NCBI GenBank assembly: GCA_002293825.1
Contig: DBDW01000012.1
Span: 25,147 to 89,146 of the forward strand
Source of the DNA: Candidatus Magasanikbacteria bacterium UBA922
GTDB lineage: Bacteria; Patescibacteriota; Patescibacteriia; Magasanikbacterales; UBA922
Direction: 5' to 3'
DNA: 64,000 nucleotides
Part shown: piece by piece, positions 1 to 10,614 of the stretch
Layout of the letters: each line of letters starts with the position of its first letter
Position numbering within the stretch: the first letter of the stretch is position 1
Notes under the pieces: generated by a model
Seen by the model: the letters and a program-made list of their open reading frames with translations, nothing else
The model's database searches: none
What the model was told of the DNA's origin: nothing
Translations under genes and position numbers: made by a program

Positions 1-1568
1 GCCGTGGTAATGATCAGAGTAGGTTCATTTGGTACCAAATCTTCAATTGAAAATTCTTTGACTCCGTGTGCGATGATCTTGGTGCGTCGATCATCTGCAA
101 ATCGTTCGCGAAGTTCGGCAACTTCTGATTTTACAATACCAAGAATTTTCTTTTGACTCTTCAAGATTGATTCAAATTCGGCAATCATCTTTTTCTTTTC
201 TGCCAACTCATCTTCGATTTTTTGTTTTTCCAGATTTGCAAGTTGTTGCAAGCGCATTTCGAGGATTGCAACAGTCTGTCGATCCGTAAAATCGAATTTT
301 TTCATCAAGTTTATTTTCGCTTCTTCCTTATCCTTTGATTTTCGGATAGTCGCGATAATTAGATCAATTTTATCCAGTGCTTTTTTCAATCCTTCGAGAA
401 TGTGTGCACGGTCGAGCGCTTTTGCAAGATCGAATTCAGTGCGTCGACGAATTACCACTTCTCGATGTTTGATATATTCTTCCAATACAGTTTTCAGATT
501 GAGTACACGAGGCTGGATACCATCCACGAGTGCAAGCATATTTACATGGAAGGTGGTCTGCAATTCGGTCATCTTGAAGAGTTGATTCAATACTTTTTTT
601 GGATATGAATCTTTTTTGAGTTCGATCACGATTCGAACACCATCTTTATTTGACTCATCACGAAGATCTCGGATACCATCCAATTTCTTTTCTTGTACCA
701 GCGTTGCGATTTTTTCGATCAATGTAGCTTTGTTTACCTGATATGGAACTTCACTTACGATAATATTAAATTTGTCGCCCGCAAGTTCCTGAATATCTGT
801 TTTTGCACGCATCACAATACCTCCACGACCGGTGGCATATGCTGCAAGAATATCATTTTTACTATAGATAATGCCGCCTGTTGGGAAATCTGGTCCTTTG
901 ATAAATTGAACCAAATCTTCGATTGAAGCGGTAGGGTTTTCGATTAGGTGAGTAATACCATCACACAATTCTCCAAGATTGTGTGGGGGAATATTGGTGG
1001 CCATACCGACCGCAATACCCATACTTCCATTTAATAAGAGGTTGGGGAGTTTGCTTGGAAGTACACGAGGTTCTTTGTGACTACCGTCGTACGTGGGAGT
1101 GAAATCTACGGTATTTTTTTCAATATCATAGAGCATTTCTTCTGCAAGAGCTTGGAGCTTTACCTCGGTGTAACGCATCGCAGCTGCTCCATCCCCATCC
1201 ATCGATCCGAAGTTTCCTTGACCGTGTACTAGCATTTTTCGCATGTTGAAATCCTGTGCCATGCGTACCAATGAATCATAAATCGCAGAATCTCCGTGTG
1301 GATGGTATTTTGCCATCACTTCTCCGACTACGTGTGCAGATTTTTTGAATTTTGAAGAATGTTTCAATCCGATACCCCACATGGCATAGAGAATACGACG
1401 ATGAACTGGTTTGAATCCATCACGAACATCGGGGAGTGCGCGAGATACAATCACACTCATGGCATAGTCGAGGTATGATGTCTTCATTTCATCGACCAGA
1501 TTGATTGGTTCTATTTTTCCGTCAGTGAGACTTGGTTGTACAGGGGTAAGTTTTTTTTCTTCGGACAT
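1..1568 (-). CDS. gyrA: DNA gyrase subunit A, N-terminal ~520 aa; gene continues past the window start
   Basis: Reverse-strand translation from the ATG at ~1568 gives MSEEKKLTPV...AMSVIVSRALPDVRDGFKPVHRRILYAM...YHPHGDSAIYDSLVRMAQDF, the GyrA active-site region. There is no stop before position 1. Absent from the ORF track because it is truncated by the window edge. Confidence 0.92.
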   Translation of the reverse strand, partial: MSEEKKLTPVQPSLTDGKIEPINLVDEMKTSYLDYAMSVIVSRALPDVRDGFKPVHRRILYAMWGIGLKHSSKFKKSAHVVGEVMAKYHPHGDSAIYDSLVRMAQDFNMRKMLVHGQGNFGSMDGDGAAAMRYTEVKLQALAEEMLYDIEKNTVDFTPTYDGSHKEPRVLPSKLPNLLLNGSMGIAVGMATNIPPHNLGELCDGITHLIENPTASIEDLVQFIKGPDFPTGGIIYSKNDILAAYATGRGGIVMRAKTDIQELAGDKFNIIVSEVPYQVNKATLIEKIATLVQEKKLDGIRDLRDESNKDGVRIVIELKKDSYPKKVLNQLFKMTELQTTFHVNMLALVDGIQPRVLNLKTVLEEYIKHREVVIRRRTEFDLAKALDRAHILEGLKKALDKIDLIIATIRKSKDKEEAKINLMKKFDFTDRQTVAILEMRLQQLANLEKQKIEDELAEKKKMIAEFESILKSQKKILGIVKSEVAELRERFADDRRTKIIAHGVKEFSIEDLVPNEPTLIITT

Positions 1569-1577
1569 AGAGTTACA

Positions 1578-2105
1578 TTAAGGTGTGCTGGATGTTGTTG
1601 TTGAAATTGTTGAATCGTATTGTGTGTGTGCAGTGCTCGAGGTGGTCGTAGTATCGGGAGTGCTCGAGGTACTCGAGGCGGTGAGCAGTGGTGTGAGCAC
1701 TTCTGCTACCATTGCCTTCAATTCAGTGGGAGTAGTGAGATTTTCTCTGAGTCCATTCTCAAGCGTACTAAATGTGGAAATGAGGTTTGACAGGTTGTTG
1801 TCCTCAGAGGTTTTGAATGCATTCATGGGATTGATAGTCGAACGGTGAGTACGTATGAGATCTGAGACGTAGATGAGCCAGAAACCGAGAATGAGTGTAC
1901 TACAGATGGTGACTCCGAGTAGTAACCATCGTTTGGTATGGTTCGATGAAGTGTATACAGGATGCACGCGCGACGATGATGGTGACGCTCGTTTCAGTCG
2001 GGAGGCAGATACCGACTGCTCACTCGAACGTTGCATTTCTTCTGCGATGAGCGAGGGAATTTGTGCAATTGCATCTTTGAGATTGTGGGATTTTTTGGAA
2101 TCCAT
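1578..2105 (-). CDS. hypothetical single-pass membrane protein with Ser/Thr-rich C-terminus
   Basis: 175 aa ORF tightly spaced between gyrA and the next minus-strand gene. One hydrophobic helix (WLLLGVTICSTLILGFWLIYV) and a low-complexity S/T tail. No recognizable domain. Confidence 0.45.
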   Translation of the reverse strand: MDSKKSHNLKDAIAQIPSLIAEEMQRSSEQSVSASRLKRASPSSSRVHPVYTSSNHTKRWLLLGVTICSTLILGFWLIYVSDLIRTHRSTINPMNAFKTSEDNNLSNLISTFSTLENGLRENLTTPTELKAMVAEVLTPLLTASSTSSTPDTTTTSSTAHTQYDSTISTTTSSTP

Positions 2106-2154
2106 ACGGTAGAGTACTGATAGACAGAGGTCTCGTCAGTGACGTGGGTCGAGA

Positions 2155-2769
2155 TTATTCTTTACCTAGTAAAATTACTCGAGTTTCTTCTTCTGGAAGA
2201 TCTTTTTTCTTGATAATTACCTTTTTTTCTTCACTTGGTACTTGGTGTCCGAGACTTCGGATAAATGCGTCAGGACTCACTGCATCAGGATCATTATCTG
2301 ATTTGAATGCGATAGGGATAATGATTCTAGGTTCGAGACTATTGATGGCTTTGGTAGCAGCCTCTGTGTCGAATGCGCGTGTATTGCCCACTGGAATAAA
2401 GACAATGTCAATATGAGAAAGAACCTCTAGCTGTGCTGACGTAAGTGATTCTTTGATGAGTCCGAGATGTGCCATACTTACCCCCTCGATATCCACTCGA
2501 AACATAATTGAATCCTCGGTATGCCCCGGAATACCTGTCACGAGAACTCCTTTTGAATCAATTTCACCAGGAGTGTCAAGAATAAAAGGGTTACCAGAAA
2601 GCGTGAGTGAATTGTCACTGCCACGAGTAAAGAGTGCCACGTCAGCAGTAAGACTGCGTGGAGCAGAGCCGGTGGTGGGTTTATAGGGGTCTATCAGTAC
2701 CACTACATCATTCTCAAGGTGTTTGGTTTGAAGTCTGATTGCGGTTCCGCCAAGCCAGGAAATGTGCAT
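2155..2769 (-). CDS. MBL-fold metal-dependent hydrolase (UPF0173-like)
   Basis: 204 aa. Layout of beta-lactamase-fold hydrolases (HxHxDH-like histidine/aspartate positions, LLGKE-type N-terminal strand). Confidence 0.7.
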   Translation of the reverse strand: MHISWLGGTAIRLQTKHLENDVVVLIDPYKPTTGSAPRSLTADVALFTRGSDNSLTLSGNPFILDTPGEIDSKGVLVTGIPGHTEDSIMFRVDIEGVSMAHLGLIKESLTSAQLEVLSHIDIVFIPVGNTRAFDTEAATKAINSLEPRIIIPIAFKSDNDPDAVSPDAFIRSLGHQVPSEEKKVIIKKKDLPEEETRVILLGKE

Positions 2770-2928
2770 AGAACAAGGATATTAATCGTTACAAATATGG
2801 GGAAAGTATAGCTGGTTTATATAGGGAAAGCAAGAGCCTTGAAAAGGACTAAAATGCCTCAAATGAAGAAAAAATTCAACAGTGGCTACATAGTTGCAAT
2901 AGTTTAGTCTTTTTAGCCCTTTGTGGTC

Positions 2929-2957
2929 TTTACAAATTCAAAACTCTATGCTACACT
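2929..2957 (+). promoter_or_regulatory. candidate sigma70-type promoter for rpsA (TTTACA-N17-TACACT)
   Basis: tttaca, a 17-nt spacer, then tacact about 65 nt upstream of the rpsA ATG. The same TACACT -10 hexamer is seen upstream of secG. Confidence 0.3.
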
Positions 2958-3023
2958 CAGCCTACTTTATTTAACCTATCAAGTGATAGGACTCGGATAT
3001 TCCGGGTTAAGCTATAGTAATAT

Positions 3024-4178
3024 ATGGCAACAAAAGCAGCTACTCAAAGTTTTGAGGAATTGTTGAAAGATTATTTTGCCCAGATTCCACAAGTGGGAGA
3101 TTTGGTCAAAGGACATGTCATCTCGATTGATCGAGGTGAGGTGCGCGTAGACATCAATGGTATTATCATCGGTGTGGTTCGCGGAGACGAATTATTTGGT
3201 GAATCAAAAGAATTTGCACATATTAAAGTGGGTGACGAGGTCGAAGCAACCGTGATCGAAGACGAGAATGAAAATGGTGAAATGGAACTCTCGTTTCGAG
3301 TTGCAGGTAATCGTCTCGTGTGGGAACGCATGGCAAAATATGTGAAAGAAGGTACGATTATTAAGGCGAAGATTATTCAGGCAAATAAAGGTGGTCTCAT
3401 GCTTCAAGCAGATGCATTGACCGGATTTATGCCTGTATCTCAGCTCAACCCAGACAACTATCCTCGGGTACAGGGTGGAGACAAGAATCGTATTCTCGAA
3501 CATTTGAAAAAATTTGTTGGTAATACAATTAAAGTTAAAGTTCTTGATGCAAATCAGGATGATGAAAAACTTATCTTCTCAGAAAAAGAAGTGTGGGAAG
3601 AAGAGCAGAAGAATATTCTTGATTCGTACAAAGTAGGTGATAAGATCGATGGTGAAGTGTCTGCACTCACTCCATTTGGAGCCTTTGTCAAATTCGGTGA
3701 AGGACTTGAAGGATTGGTACACATTTCAGAAATCGTCTGGCAACGCATTGACCATCCGAAAGATGTACTCAAAGTAGGAGACAAGGTGCATGCACAGATT
3801 ATCGATCTCAATAAGTCAAAAATCTACCTCTCGCTCAAGCGCCTCGTAGACGATCCATGGAAATCAGTGAAAGAAAAATATAAGATCGGACAGGTGGTAT
3901 CAGGTGAGGTTCATAAGGTAGAATCATTTGGTCTCATGGTAAAACTCGACCAAGAAATTCACGGTCTTGCACATATCTCAGATTTATCTGAAAAACGTGT
4001 TGCAGATCCGAAAACTCTGTTGTCGAAGTTTGAAATCGGTAAATCATACAACTTCGAAATCATCTCGATCGAGCCTGCTGAGCACCGTCTCGGACTCCGG
4101 CTTGAAGGGGTGAAGAAGCGAGAATCAAAACCAGAAGAAAAGAAAGAAGAAGTAAAGAGCGAGGAAGCTACGGCATAA
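3024..4178 (+). CDS. rpsA: 30S ribosomal protein S1 (four S1 domains)
   Basis: 384 aa with repeated S1-domain signatures (GxV..I...G.FV.L..G..GL.HISE). Confidence 0.9.
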   Translation: MATKAATQSFEELLKDYFAQIPQVGDLVKGHVISIDRGEVRVDINGIIIGVVRGDELFGESKEFAHIKVGDEVEATVIEDENENGEMELSFRVAGNRLVWERMAKYVKEGTIIKAKIIQANKGGLMLQADALTGFMPVSQLNPDNYPRVQGGDKNRILEHLKKFVGNTIKVKVLDANQDDEKLIFSEKEVWEEEQKNILDSYKVGDKIDGEVSALTPFGAFVKFGEGLEGLVHISEIVWQRIDHPKDVLKVGDKVHAQIIDLNKSKIYLSLKRLVDDPWKSVKEKYKIGQVVSGEVHKVESFGLMVKLDQEIHGLAHISDLSEKRVADPKTLLSKFEIGKSYNFEIISIEPAEHRLGLRLEGVKKRESKPEEKKEEVKSEEATA

Positions 4179-4183
4179 GTCAT

Positions 4184-4222
4184 AAAAGACCCTGTACCAG
4201 AACGGTACGGGTTTTTTATTTT
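4184..4222 (+). terminator. rho-independent terminator after rpsA
   Basis: Hairpin accctgtacc/ggtacgggt followed by a T run (gaccctgtaccagaacggtacgggttttttatttt). Confidence 0.6.
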
Positions 4223-4291
4223 ATCATTGACAAACCCTTCATTTCTCCTTATACTCACTCTATTGTATTCAATTAAGATGTTAGCTCTGAT

Positions 4292-6130
4292 ATGAAGCAA
4301 CTATTCAAGAATTTTTTTATTGTCTGCGTGACATTGTTTGTAATTGCATCACTTGTATCCATGGTGAATTTTTCAGGAGTACAGCCAGAAAGTGCACCTA
4401 TTTCTCGCTTGGTTGCGGAGATTAAGGCAGATGCCGTAAAGACAGTCGAAGTTCGTGGTGATACATTGGTAGTGTCTCTCAAAGATGAGAATGCAAAACC
4501 ACTCGAGGTGAAGCGAGAATTAGGTACATCGTTTGGTGAACTTATGACTTCGTACGGTGTGACTCCTGATGAGTTAAATAAAATTTCAGTCGAAGTAAAA
4601 GAAGAATCTGGATGGAGATTTTGGGTCAGTATCATTGCTCCATGGATCATTCCATTAGTTCTTTTTGTGGTACTTATTTTCTTTTTCACGAGACAGGTAC
4701 AGGGTGCTAATAGTCGAGCAATGGGATTCGGAGAAAGTCGTGCAAAAGAAGCAAAACCGGATGAACGTTCACGAAAAACATTTGCCGATGTAGCGGGTGC
4801 AAAAGAAGCAAAAGAAGAATTGTTGGAAGTGGTAGATTTTCTCAAAGATCCAAAAAAGTTTACTGATATGGGGGCAAAAATTCCTCGTGGTGTCTTGCTT
4901 ATGGGTTCGCCGGGTACAGGAAAAACATTGCTTGCAAAAGCAGTGGCAGGTGAAGCAGGGGTGCCATTCTTCCATATTTCAGGTTCAGAATTCGTAGAAA
5001 TGTTCGTAGGTGTAGGTGCTTCTCGGGTGCGTGATTTATTTAATAAGGCAAAAAAAGCAGCTCCAGCAATCGTGTTTATTGACGAAATCGATGCTGTGGG
5101 ACGTAAGCGTGGAGCGGGTCTTGGTGGAAGTCATGATGAGCGAGAGCAGACACTCAATCAGATCCTGGTAGAAATGGATGGATTCGAACCAAACATGGGA
5201 GTAATCGTTATGGCAGCAACCAATCGTCCAGACGTACTTGATCCTGCATTGCAAAGACCGGGTCGATTTGATCGCAGGGTGGTAATCGATTTACCAGATA
5301 TTAGTGATCGAGAAGAAATTCTCGGTGTGCATGCAAAGAATAAGAAACTCGCTCCTGAAGTATCTCTGAAAAAACTTGCAGAACGCACTCCAGGATTTTC
5401 GGGTGCTGATTTGGAAAATTTATTGAATGAAGCGGCAATTCTTGCGGTGCGACGAGGGAAGATTGTGGTAGACGAGGGTGATATACTCGAAAGTATTGAA
5501 AAAGTAATTTTGGGTCCAGAGAAAAAGTCTCGTTTAATGACTCTAAAAGATCGTGAGATGACCGCGTATCACGAAGCAGGACACGCAATTGTGGGGCATT
5601 TCCTCCCTAATTGTGACACTGTACGAAAGGTATCAATTATTGGTCGAGGAATGGCAGGGGGCTACACACTGAGTATGCCTGAGACAGATGTACGATACCG
5701 TACGCGTGCACGATTCAAGGATGAGTTAGCTATGATTCTCGGGGGGTATGTGACAGAGCGTATGATCTATGGTGATGACCAGCTCTCGACTGGTCCATCA
5801 AGTGATATCAAGAAGGCTACACAATTGGCAAAATCAATGGTAATTCGATATGGAATGAGTGATAAATTAGGGCCACGCCAATATGGTGAAAACGAGGAAC
5901 TTATTTTCTTGGCACAAGAAATTCATGATAAGAAAAACTATAGTGAAAAGACTGCAGAATTAATTGATAGCGAGATCAATGGTCTTCTTGAAGAAGCGTT
6001 AAAACGTGCTGAACAGGTGATTACTGAGCGTCGTCAAGAAATGGACAAGCTCGTCAAAGTCTTGCTTGAGAAAGAGACCGTGGAGCAAGAAGAATTTGTA
6101 CATATCGTAGGTACATCTACGAAATCATAG
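4292..6130 (+). CDS. ftsH: ATP-dependent zinc metalloprotease FtsH
   Basis: N-terminal TM helix. AAA Walker [27 protein letters not shown] region, and zinc-binding HEAGHAIV motif. Confidence 0.95.
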   Translation: MKQLFKNFFIVCVTLFVIASLVSMVNFSGVQPESAPISRLVAEIKADAVKTVEVRGDTLVVSLKDENAKPLEVKRELGTSFGELMTSYGVTPDELNKISVEVKEESGWRFWVSIIAPWIIPLVLFVVLIFFFTRQVQGANSRAMGFGESRAKEAKPDERSRKTFADVAGAKEAKEELLEVVDFLKDPKKFTDMGAKIPRGVLLMGSPGTGKTLLAKAVAGEAGVPFFHISGSEFVEMFVGVGASRVRDLFNKAKKAAPAIVFIDEIDAVGRKRGAGLGGSHDEREQTLNQILVEMDGFEPNMGVIVMAATNRPDVLDPALQRPGRFDRRVVIDLPDISDREEILGVHAKNKKLAPEVSLKKLAERTPGFSGADLENLLNEAAILAVRRGKIVVDEGDILESIEKVILGPEKKSRLMTLKDREMTAYHEAGHAIVGHFLPNCDTVRKVSIIGRGMAGGYTLSMPETDVRYRTRARFKDELAMILGGYVTERMIYGDDQLSTGPSSDIKKATQLAKSMVIRYGMSDKLGPRQYGENEELIFLAQEIHDKKNYSEKTAELIDSEINGLLEEALKRAEQVITERRQEMDKLVKVLLEKETVEQEEFVHIVGTSTKS

Positions 6131-6155
6131 TATCGTTTTGACATATCATATATTG

Positions 6156-6222
6156 AAACACACACGAGGTAACTCGTGTGTGTTTGTGTGTAGACGCATG
6201 GTGGTGTGTTTTTTATTTTTTC
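6156..6222 (+). terminator. terminator after ftsH
   Basis: Strong hairpin aaacacacacgagg-taa-ctcgtgtgtgttt, followed by a GT-rich stretch ending in tttttta. Confidence 0.5.
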
Positions 6223-6271
6223 GTCGACATATGGTATACTTTTGTCAAACTATCTTCTTTAATTTTTTTGT

Positions 6272-7270
6272 ATGCAAGAACCCACGCTTCGTGAAGTGTT
6301 TCAGGCTAGTTGGAAATTAACCTGGCGATATAAAGCATTGTGGATATTAGGGTTGTTTGCGTTGTTATTGGGTCAATTGGGAATGTTTGATGTAGTATCA
6401 GGGGTTTTCAAAGGAGCTTCAGAAGAGTCATTACTTGGAATTGGCGAGCATATACGCTATGTATTTTCTCCAAGTACGATACAAGAGGTAGGTACGGTAC
6501 TCAATTATTCTTTTGAATCATGGGGCGCACTTGCGTGGTTATTTGTATTACTATTTGCTATTGGTGCAGGATTGCTCATAGTCGGAGCGATTGCTCAGGG
6601 GGGATTGGTACATGCGGCAGCTCTGTCTATGAAACATGGACTGAAATCAATGGAAAAATTTGAAGAATCATGGCATGCAGGTGCTCGTCATGTGTCTGCG
6701 ATTGTGGTATTGAATATTGTGAGAAAAAGTATTGTGTTTGCACTTTCACTTGTGGTTGCTGCTGCTGCGCTTGCAGCTTCGGTGTACGGAAGCACGCTTT
6801 CAATTGTGATTTTTTTATTCGTATTTATTATCTCAATTTTTGCAGGAATGATTGCGTCAATGCTTACGTTTTATACGGTAGGATATCTTGTAGTCGAAGA
6901 AAAAGATTTATTTGGATCTCTCAAGCATGCGTGGAAGCTCCTTCGGAATCACTGGGTGGTGTCGTGTGAGGTAGGTCTGGTATTGATCGCATTGAATGTA
7001 GTGGTGGTTTTGGCACTTATCGTAGGGATGTATGTACTAGTTGCTCCGAGCTTGGCAATTAATGCATATGGAGCATTGATTGGTGATAGTGGTCTTGCAC
7101 AAATGGGTACTTCAATTGCACTTGTACTCATGCTCGCATATGCACTGATTATTGGTTCTATATTTACCGTTTTTGTGACCACTGCGTGGACGTATTTGTT
7201 TGCAATTATGCATCGATGGGGATTTAGGAGTAGGGTGCATGCATTTTTTGGTAATCTGAAACGATCCTAA
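6272..7270 (+). CDS. hypothetical polytopic membrane protein
   Basis: 332 aa with about 7 predicted TM helices. No motif I can name with confidence. Confidence 0.55.
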   Translation: MQEPTLREVFQASWKLTWRYKALWILGLFALLLGQLGMFDVVSGVFKGASEESLLGIGEHIRYVFSPSTIQEVGTVLNYSFESWGALAWLFVLLFAIGAGLLIVGAIAQGGLVHAAALSMKHGLKSMEKFEESWHAGARHVSAIVVLNIVRKSIVFALSLVVAAAALAASVYGSTLSIVIFLFVFIISIFAGMIASMLTFYTVGYLVVEEKDLFGSLKHAWKLLRNHWVVSCEVGLVLIALNVVVVLALIVGMYVLVAPSLAINAYGALIGDSGLAQMGTSIALVLMLAYALIIGSIFTVFVTTAWTYLFAIMHRWGFRSRVHAFFGNLKRS

Positions 7271-7278
7271 TACGATGT

Positions 7279-9024
7279 ATGTCTGATTTTCCTACAATTA
7301 ATGATTTGATGAATTCAGGAACGTCTCAGGACACTTCTTTGGGCTCATCAGAAAAAAAAACTGGATCAGATACAACAGTATTTGCCAAGAAGATGGAGGA
7401 AATCAAGAAAAAAGAGCGTGAATTAGAAGCTGCTCGGTTTGCGGCATCTATCGGGATGCCACATATTGATCTCACCAAATTTCCAATTACACAAGAAGCA
7501 CTTCGCCAAATTACGCGTGAAGATGTGGAGGCCTATGGGGTGGTGTGTTTTTTTGCATCTGGTGAAGAAATACGATTAGGTGCGCTCGATCCGACAAGTA
7601 GCAAAGCAGAAGAAATACTCAAAGATATTGAAATGAAAAAACACGCACACGGTGCGCTCTATGTGATTTCTGAAGTAAGTATGAGGCATGTGCTCGAATT
7701 ATATGAAAAATTGCCCACCATAAAACCAATTACAAAAGATGTAGAGATAACTGCGGATGCACTATCTCGTGTACAAGCATCGGTCAATAATTTTGCATCA
7801 GTTGCTGAATTATTAAAAACTGCAACGACGACCAATATGCTTACAATCGTGCTTGGTGCGGCACTCAAAGTAGACACGTCTGATGTACATGTCGAAGCAG
7901 AACAAGAAGATATTGTTGTGCGATATCGATTGGATGGTATTTTGCACGATGTGGCACGTGTGGGAAAAGACGCATATCGCAAGCTCTTGTCACGTATCAA
8001 ATTACTTGCTGCTTTAAAAATTAATATTACGACCAAGCCGCAGGATGGGCGTTTTACCATCAAAAGTCCTGATGGAGATATTGATGTGCGTGTGTCTACA
8101 ATTCCAACCGTGTTTGGAGAAAGTATTGTGATGCGTCTACTCGTACAAGGTAAAAAAGGAATTACATTGCAGGAATTAGGATTTACCGAAGATGCATTGC
8201 AGATTGTGACAGAACAAATTAGTCGTCCGACGGGCATGATTATTACGACAGGTCCTACGGGAAGTGGTAAGTCGACGACGTTGTATGCGATATTACAAAT
8301 TCTCAATCAGCCAGGCGTAAAAATTATTACCCTTGAAGATCCAGTAGAGTATCGACTGGAGGGAGTCAATCAGAGTCAGATTGATCATAGTAAAGGATAC
8401 ACCTTTGGAACAGGACTTCGTTCGATTCTTCGTCAGGATCCAGATATTGTAATGGTTGGAGAAATTCGAGACGAAGAGACCGTCGGAATTGCGGTACAAG
8501 CAGCGCTTACAGGACATCTCATGCTTTCTACGTTGCACACAAATTCAGCCGCAGGAGCGATTTCTCGGTTTCTTTCAATGGGTTCTGCGCCATATCTTCT
8601 TGCACCTGCACTTAACTGTGTGATGGGTCAGCGACTCGTGCGTCGAGTGTGTCCGTCGTGCAGAAAAAAAGTTCCATTTTCAGCGCTTGAAACGACAGTT
8701 CAGACACGTACCAACAGTATCATTGATCGTATGAATGAGAAGGATAAGCAGGTGGTCTCAGAGGCTGGACAAGAATTTTATGTACATTCTGAACATGGCT
8801 GCGAGGCGTGCAATGGTATTGGGTATAAAGGAAGAATTATCATTTGCGAATTGTTTGTAGTAAAAGATGAAATTAAACAAGCAATCACCGAAGGAAGGGT
8901 GGGAGAATTGGATATCGAACGTATTGCTCGTGAACACGGAATGAGAACAATGGTAGAAGATGGTGTACTCAAAGCGGCTGCCGGTGTGACCACGCTGGAT
9001 GAGGTCTTTAGAGTAATTGAGTGA
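7279..9024 (+). CDS. pilB: type IV pilus / type II secretion assembly ATPase (PilB/GspE family)
   Basis: 581 aa. Walker A GPTGSGKSTTLYAIL, Asp box, His box. C-terminal tetracysteine zinc motif (CPSC...CEAC). N-terminal GspE_N-like domain. Confidence 0.9.
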   Translation: MSDFPTINDLMNSGTSQDTSLGSSEKKTGSDTTVFAKKMEEIKKKERELEAARFAASIGMPHIDLTKFPITQEALRQITREDVEAYGVVCFFASGEEIRLGALDPTSSKAEEILKDIEMKKHAHGALYVISEVSMRHVLELYEKLPTIKPITKDVEITADALSRVQASVNNFASVAELLKTATTTNMLTIVLGAALKVDTSDVHVEAEQEDIVVRYRLDGILHDVARVGKDAYRKLLSRIKLLAALKINITTKPQDGRFTIKSPDGDIDVRVSTIPTVFGESIVMRLLVQGKKGITLQELGFTEDALQIVTEQISRPTGMIITTGPTGSGKSTTLYAILQILNQPGVKIITLEDPVEYRLEGVNQSQIDHSKGYTFGTGLRSILRQDPDIVMVGEIRDEETVGIAVQAALTGHLMLSTLHTNSAAGAISRFLSMGSAPYLLAPALNCVMGQRLVRRVCPSCRKKVPFSALETTVQTRTNSIIDRMNEKDKQVVSEAGQEFYVHSEHGCEACNGIGYKGRIIICELFVVKDEIKQAITEGRVGELDIERIAREHGMRTMVEDGVLKAAAGVTTLDEVFRVIE

Positions 9025-9143
9025 TTTTGTTTTTTTTGGTATACTTATCGTGCGAATTACAAATACGTGCGTGTGTAAAATTTTTTACTAGGTATAGTCA
9101 CACGTCGATAATTCGTATGTACTTATAATTAGTCCTGTCTTGT

Positions 9144-10283
9144 ATGCCTCTTGATTCTGCACCACTTCCTTCTGAACAACCGGTTCGATTTTATAAATTT
9201 ATTGCACTCACGTTTCTTTTTATTACGCTTGCACTCGTGGGCACAATTATTTTCATGTCCTCAAAACGTGCCACGATTACCATTATTACCAAATCAGAAC
9301 CGCTTGAAGTGACGGACACTGTAGAGATACGTCCAGGTGATACTGAGGCTGTAATCTCAGGTATGGTTACGACAACAATAATTGAATATGAAAAAGTTTT
9401 TTCTCCTGAAGGTAGTAGAACTGAGGATGCGGTTGCAGTAGGTAAGGTGACACTGATCAATGAAACAACAGCTCCGCAGCCTTTGATTGCTACTACACGA
9501 GTGTTGTCAGCAGATGGAGTATTGTTTCGTCTCAAAGATGCAGTGACTGTTCCGGCGCAGGGTTCGATTACGGCGTCGGTATATGCGGATGTTCCTGGGG
9601 CACGTGGAAATATTGCTACGAGCACCTTCACTATCCCAGGATTAAGTGAAGAGAAACAAAAAGTGATTTATGCGAAGAGTGATAATGAAATGTCTGGTGG
9701 GGTACGTACGATTGGAATTGTGGACAACGAAGATGTGGAAAAAGCAGAGAAAACTGCACTCGAAGAAATGAAATTACGAGGTGCAGCTGCACTCGAAAAT
9801 TTTGCACGTGAAGGAATGGTCGGAATTTTTGATGTAGTACAATACACATTTGAAGATGTTGCAGGTATTGGCACGGAAGTAGACTCCTTTGTAATAAAGG
9901 GACGTGCCACAATTGCGGGCGTGTGGTACGACAATAGTCAGGCGCAATCATTTGCTCAGGACATGTTGAATAAGCGGGTCGTCGATAATAGTGAGATATT
10001 GTCTTCGGTTGAGCCAGCAGCAAGTGTCTCACTTGAGGGGTATGATCTCGAAACAGGTATTATACAACTGACGATTGCTCATCGCGGACTGGTAAATATT
10101 GATGAGAATAGTAGAGAATTAGATAAGAGTTCATTTTTTGGAAAATCAGAAGATGAGGTGAAGCGTTATGTGATGTCACTGAAGCACGTCGAAGGGGTGG
10201 AAATGTCGTTCAAACCGCTCTGGAATCGTAGCGTACCTCACGTAGCAAATAATGTAGAAATAATAGTTCGAGAGGTGCAGTAG
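9144..10283 (+). CDS. hypothetical N-terminally membrane-anchored protein
   Basis: 379 aa with one N-terminal TM helix and a soluble beta-rich remainder. Sits downstream of pilB and may be pilus-associated, but this is unproven. Confidence 0.5.
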   Translation: MPLDSAPLPSEQPVRFYKFIALTFLFITLALVGTIIFMSSKRATITIITKSEPLEVTDTVEIRPGDTEAVISGMVTTTIIEYEKVFSPEGSRTEDAVAVGKVTLINETTAPQPLIATTRVLSADGVLFRLKDAVTVPAQGSITASVYADVPGARGNIATSTFTIPGLSEEKQKVIYAKSDNEMSGGVRTIGIVDNEDVEKAEKTALEEMKLRGAAALENFAREGMVGIFDVVQYTFEDVAGIGTEVDSFVIKGRATIAGVWYDNSQAQSFAQDMLNKRVVDNSEILSSVEPAASVSLEGYDLETGIIQLTIAHRGLVNIDENSRELDKSSFFGKSEDEVKRYVMSLKHVEGVEMSFKPLWNRSVPHVANNVEIIVREVQ

Positions 10284-10289
10284 ACTTGA

Positions 10290-10528
10290 CGAAGCGTGAG
10301 GAAAGAGCGTATAGTTCTGTATATCTAAAGCGTTTGCACGAGAACCAGCCCAGCTCTCCTAGTCGAGGGCATGGTACCACTCTCGGAGCTTTATACAAAT
10401 ATAAGAAAAGTTTCAGTCACAGACTGGACCGCTATAAGCGGAAAAAACGGGTGGAACCGTCGTGAATATTTCATGTACTCATGACCCCGGCACAGTTCAA
10501 GCATTTGCTTGAGGGTGTCGGGTTTTTT
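10290..10528 (+). promoter_or_regulatory. T-box-like leader (tRNA-Thr sensing) with terminator, upstream of thrS
   Basis: ~240-nt leader. Begins with a GNUGA/AGAGA-type stem I base (gtgaggaaagagcg). An ACC-containing candidate specifier (gaaccag). T-box-like box aaacGGGTGGAACCGtcg (consensus AGGGUGGNACCGCG; the UGGA bulge fits a U73 discriminator). Terminator ccccggcac...gtgtcggg plus a T run directly before the thrS start. Confidence 0.4.
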
Positions 10529-10614
10529 GTTTGAGTAAAAGAGCAAAAGGAAGGAGTCAAAAGAGAATATTTAATCTTTTTACGATTACCTTTTTACTTT
10601 TTACTTGTGTAGAT

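Noticed and set aside
10290-10528. SRP RNA, RNase P RNA or tmRNA in the thrS upstream region
   Set aside because: No conserved GGAA-tetraloop or AGGAAAGUCCGGGCUCC-type motifs were seen. The T-box-like box plus terminator arrangement explains the region better.
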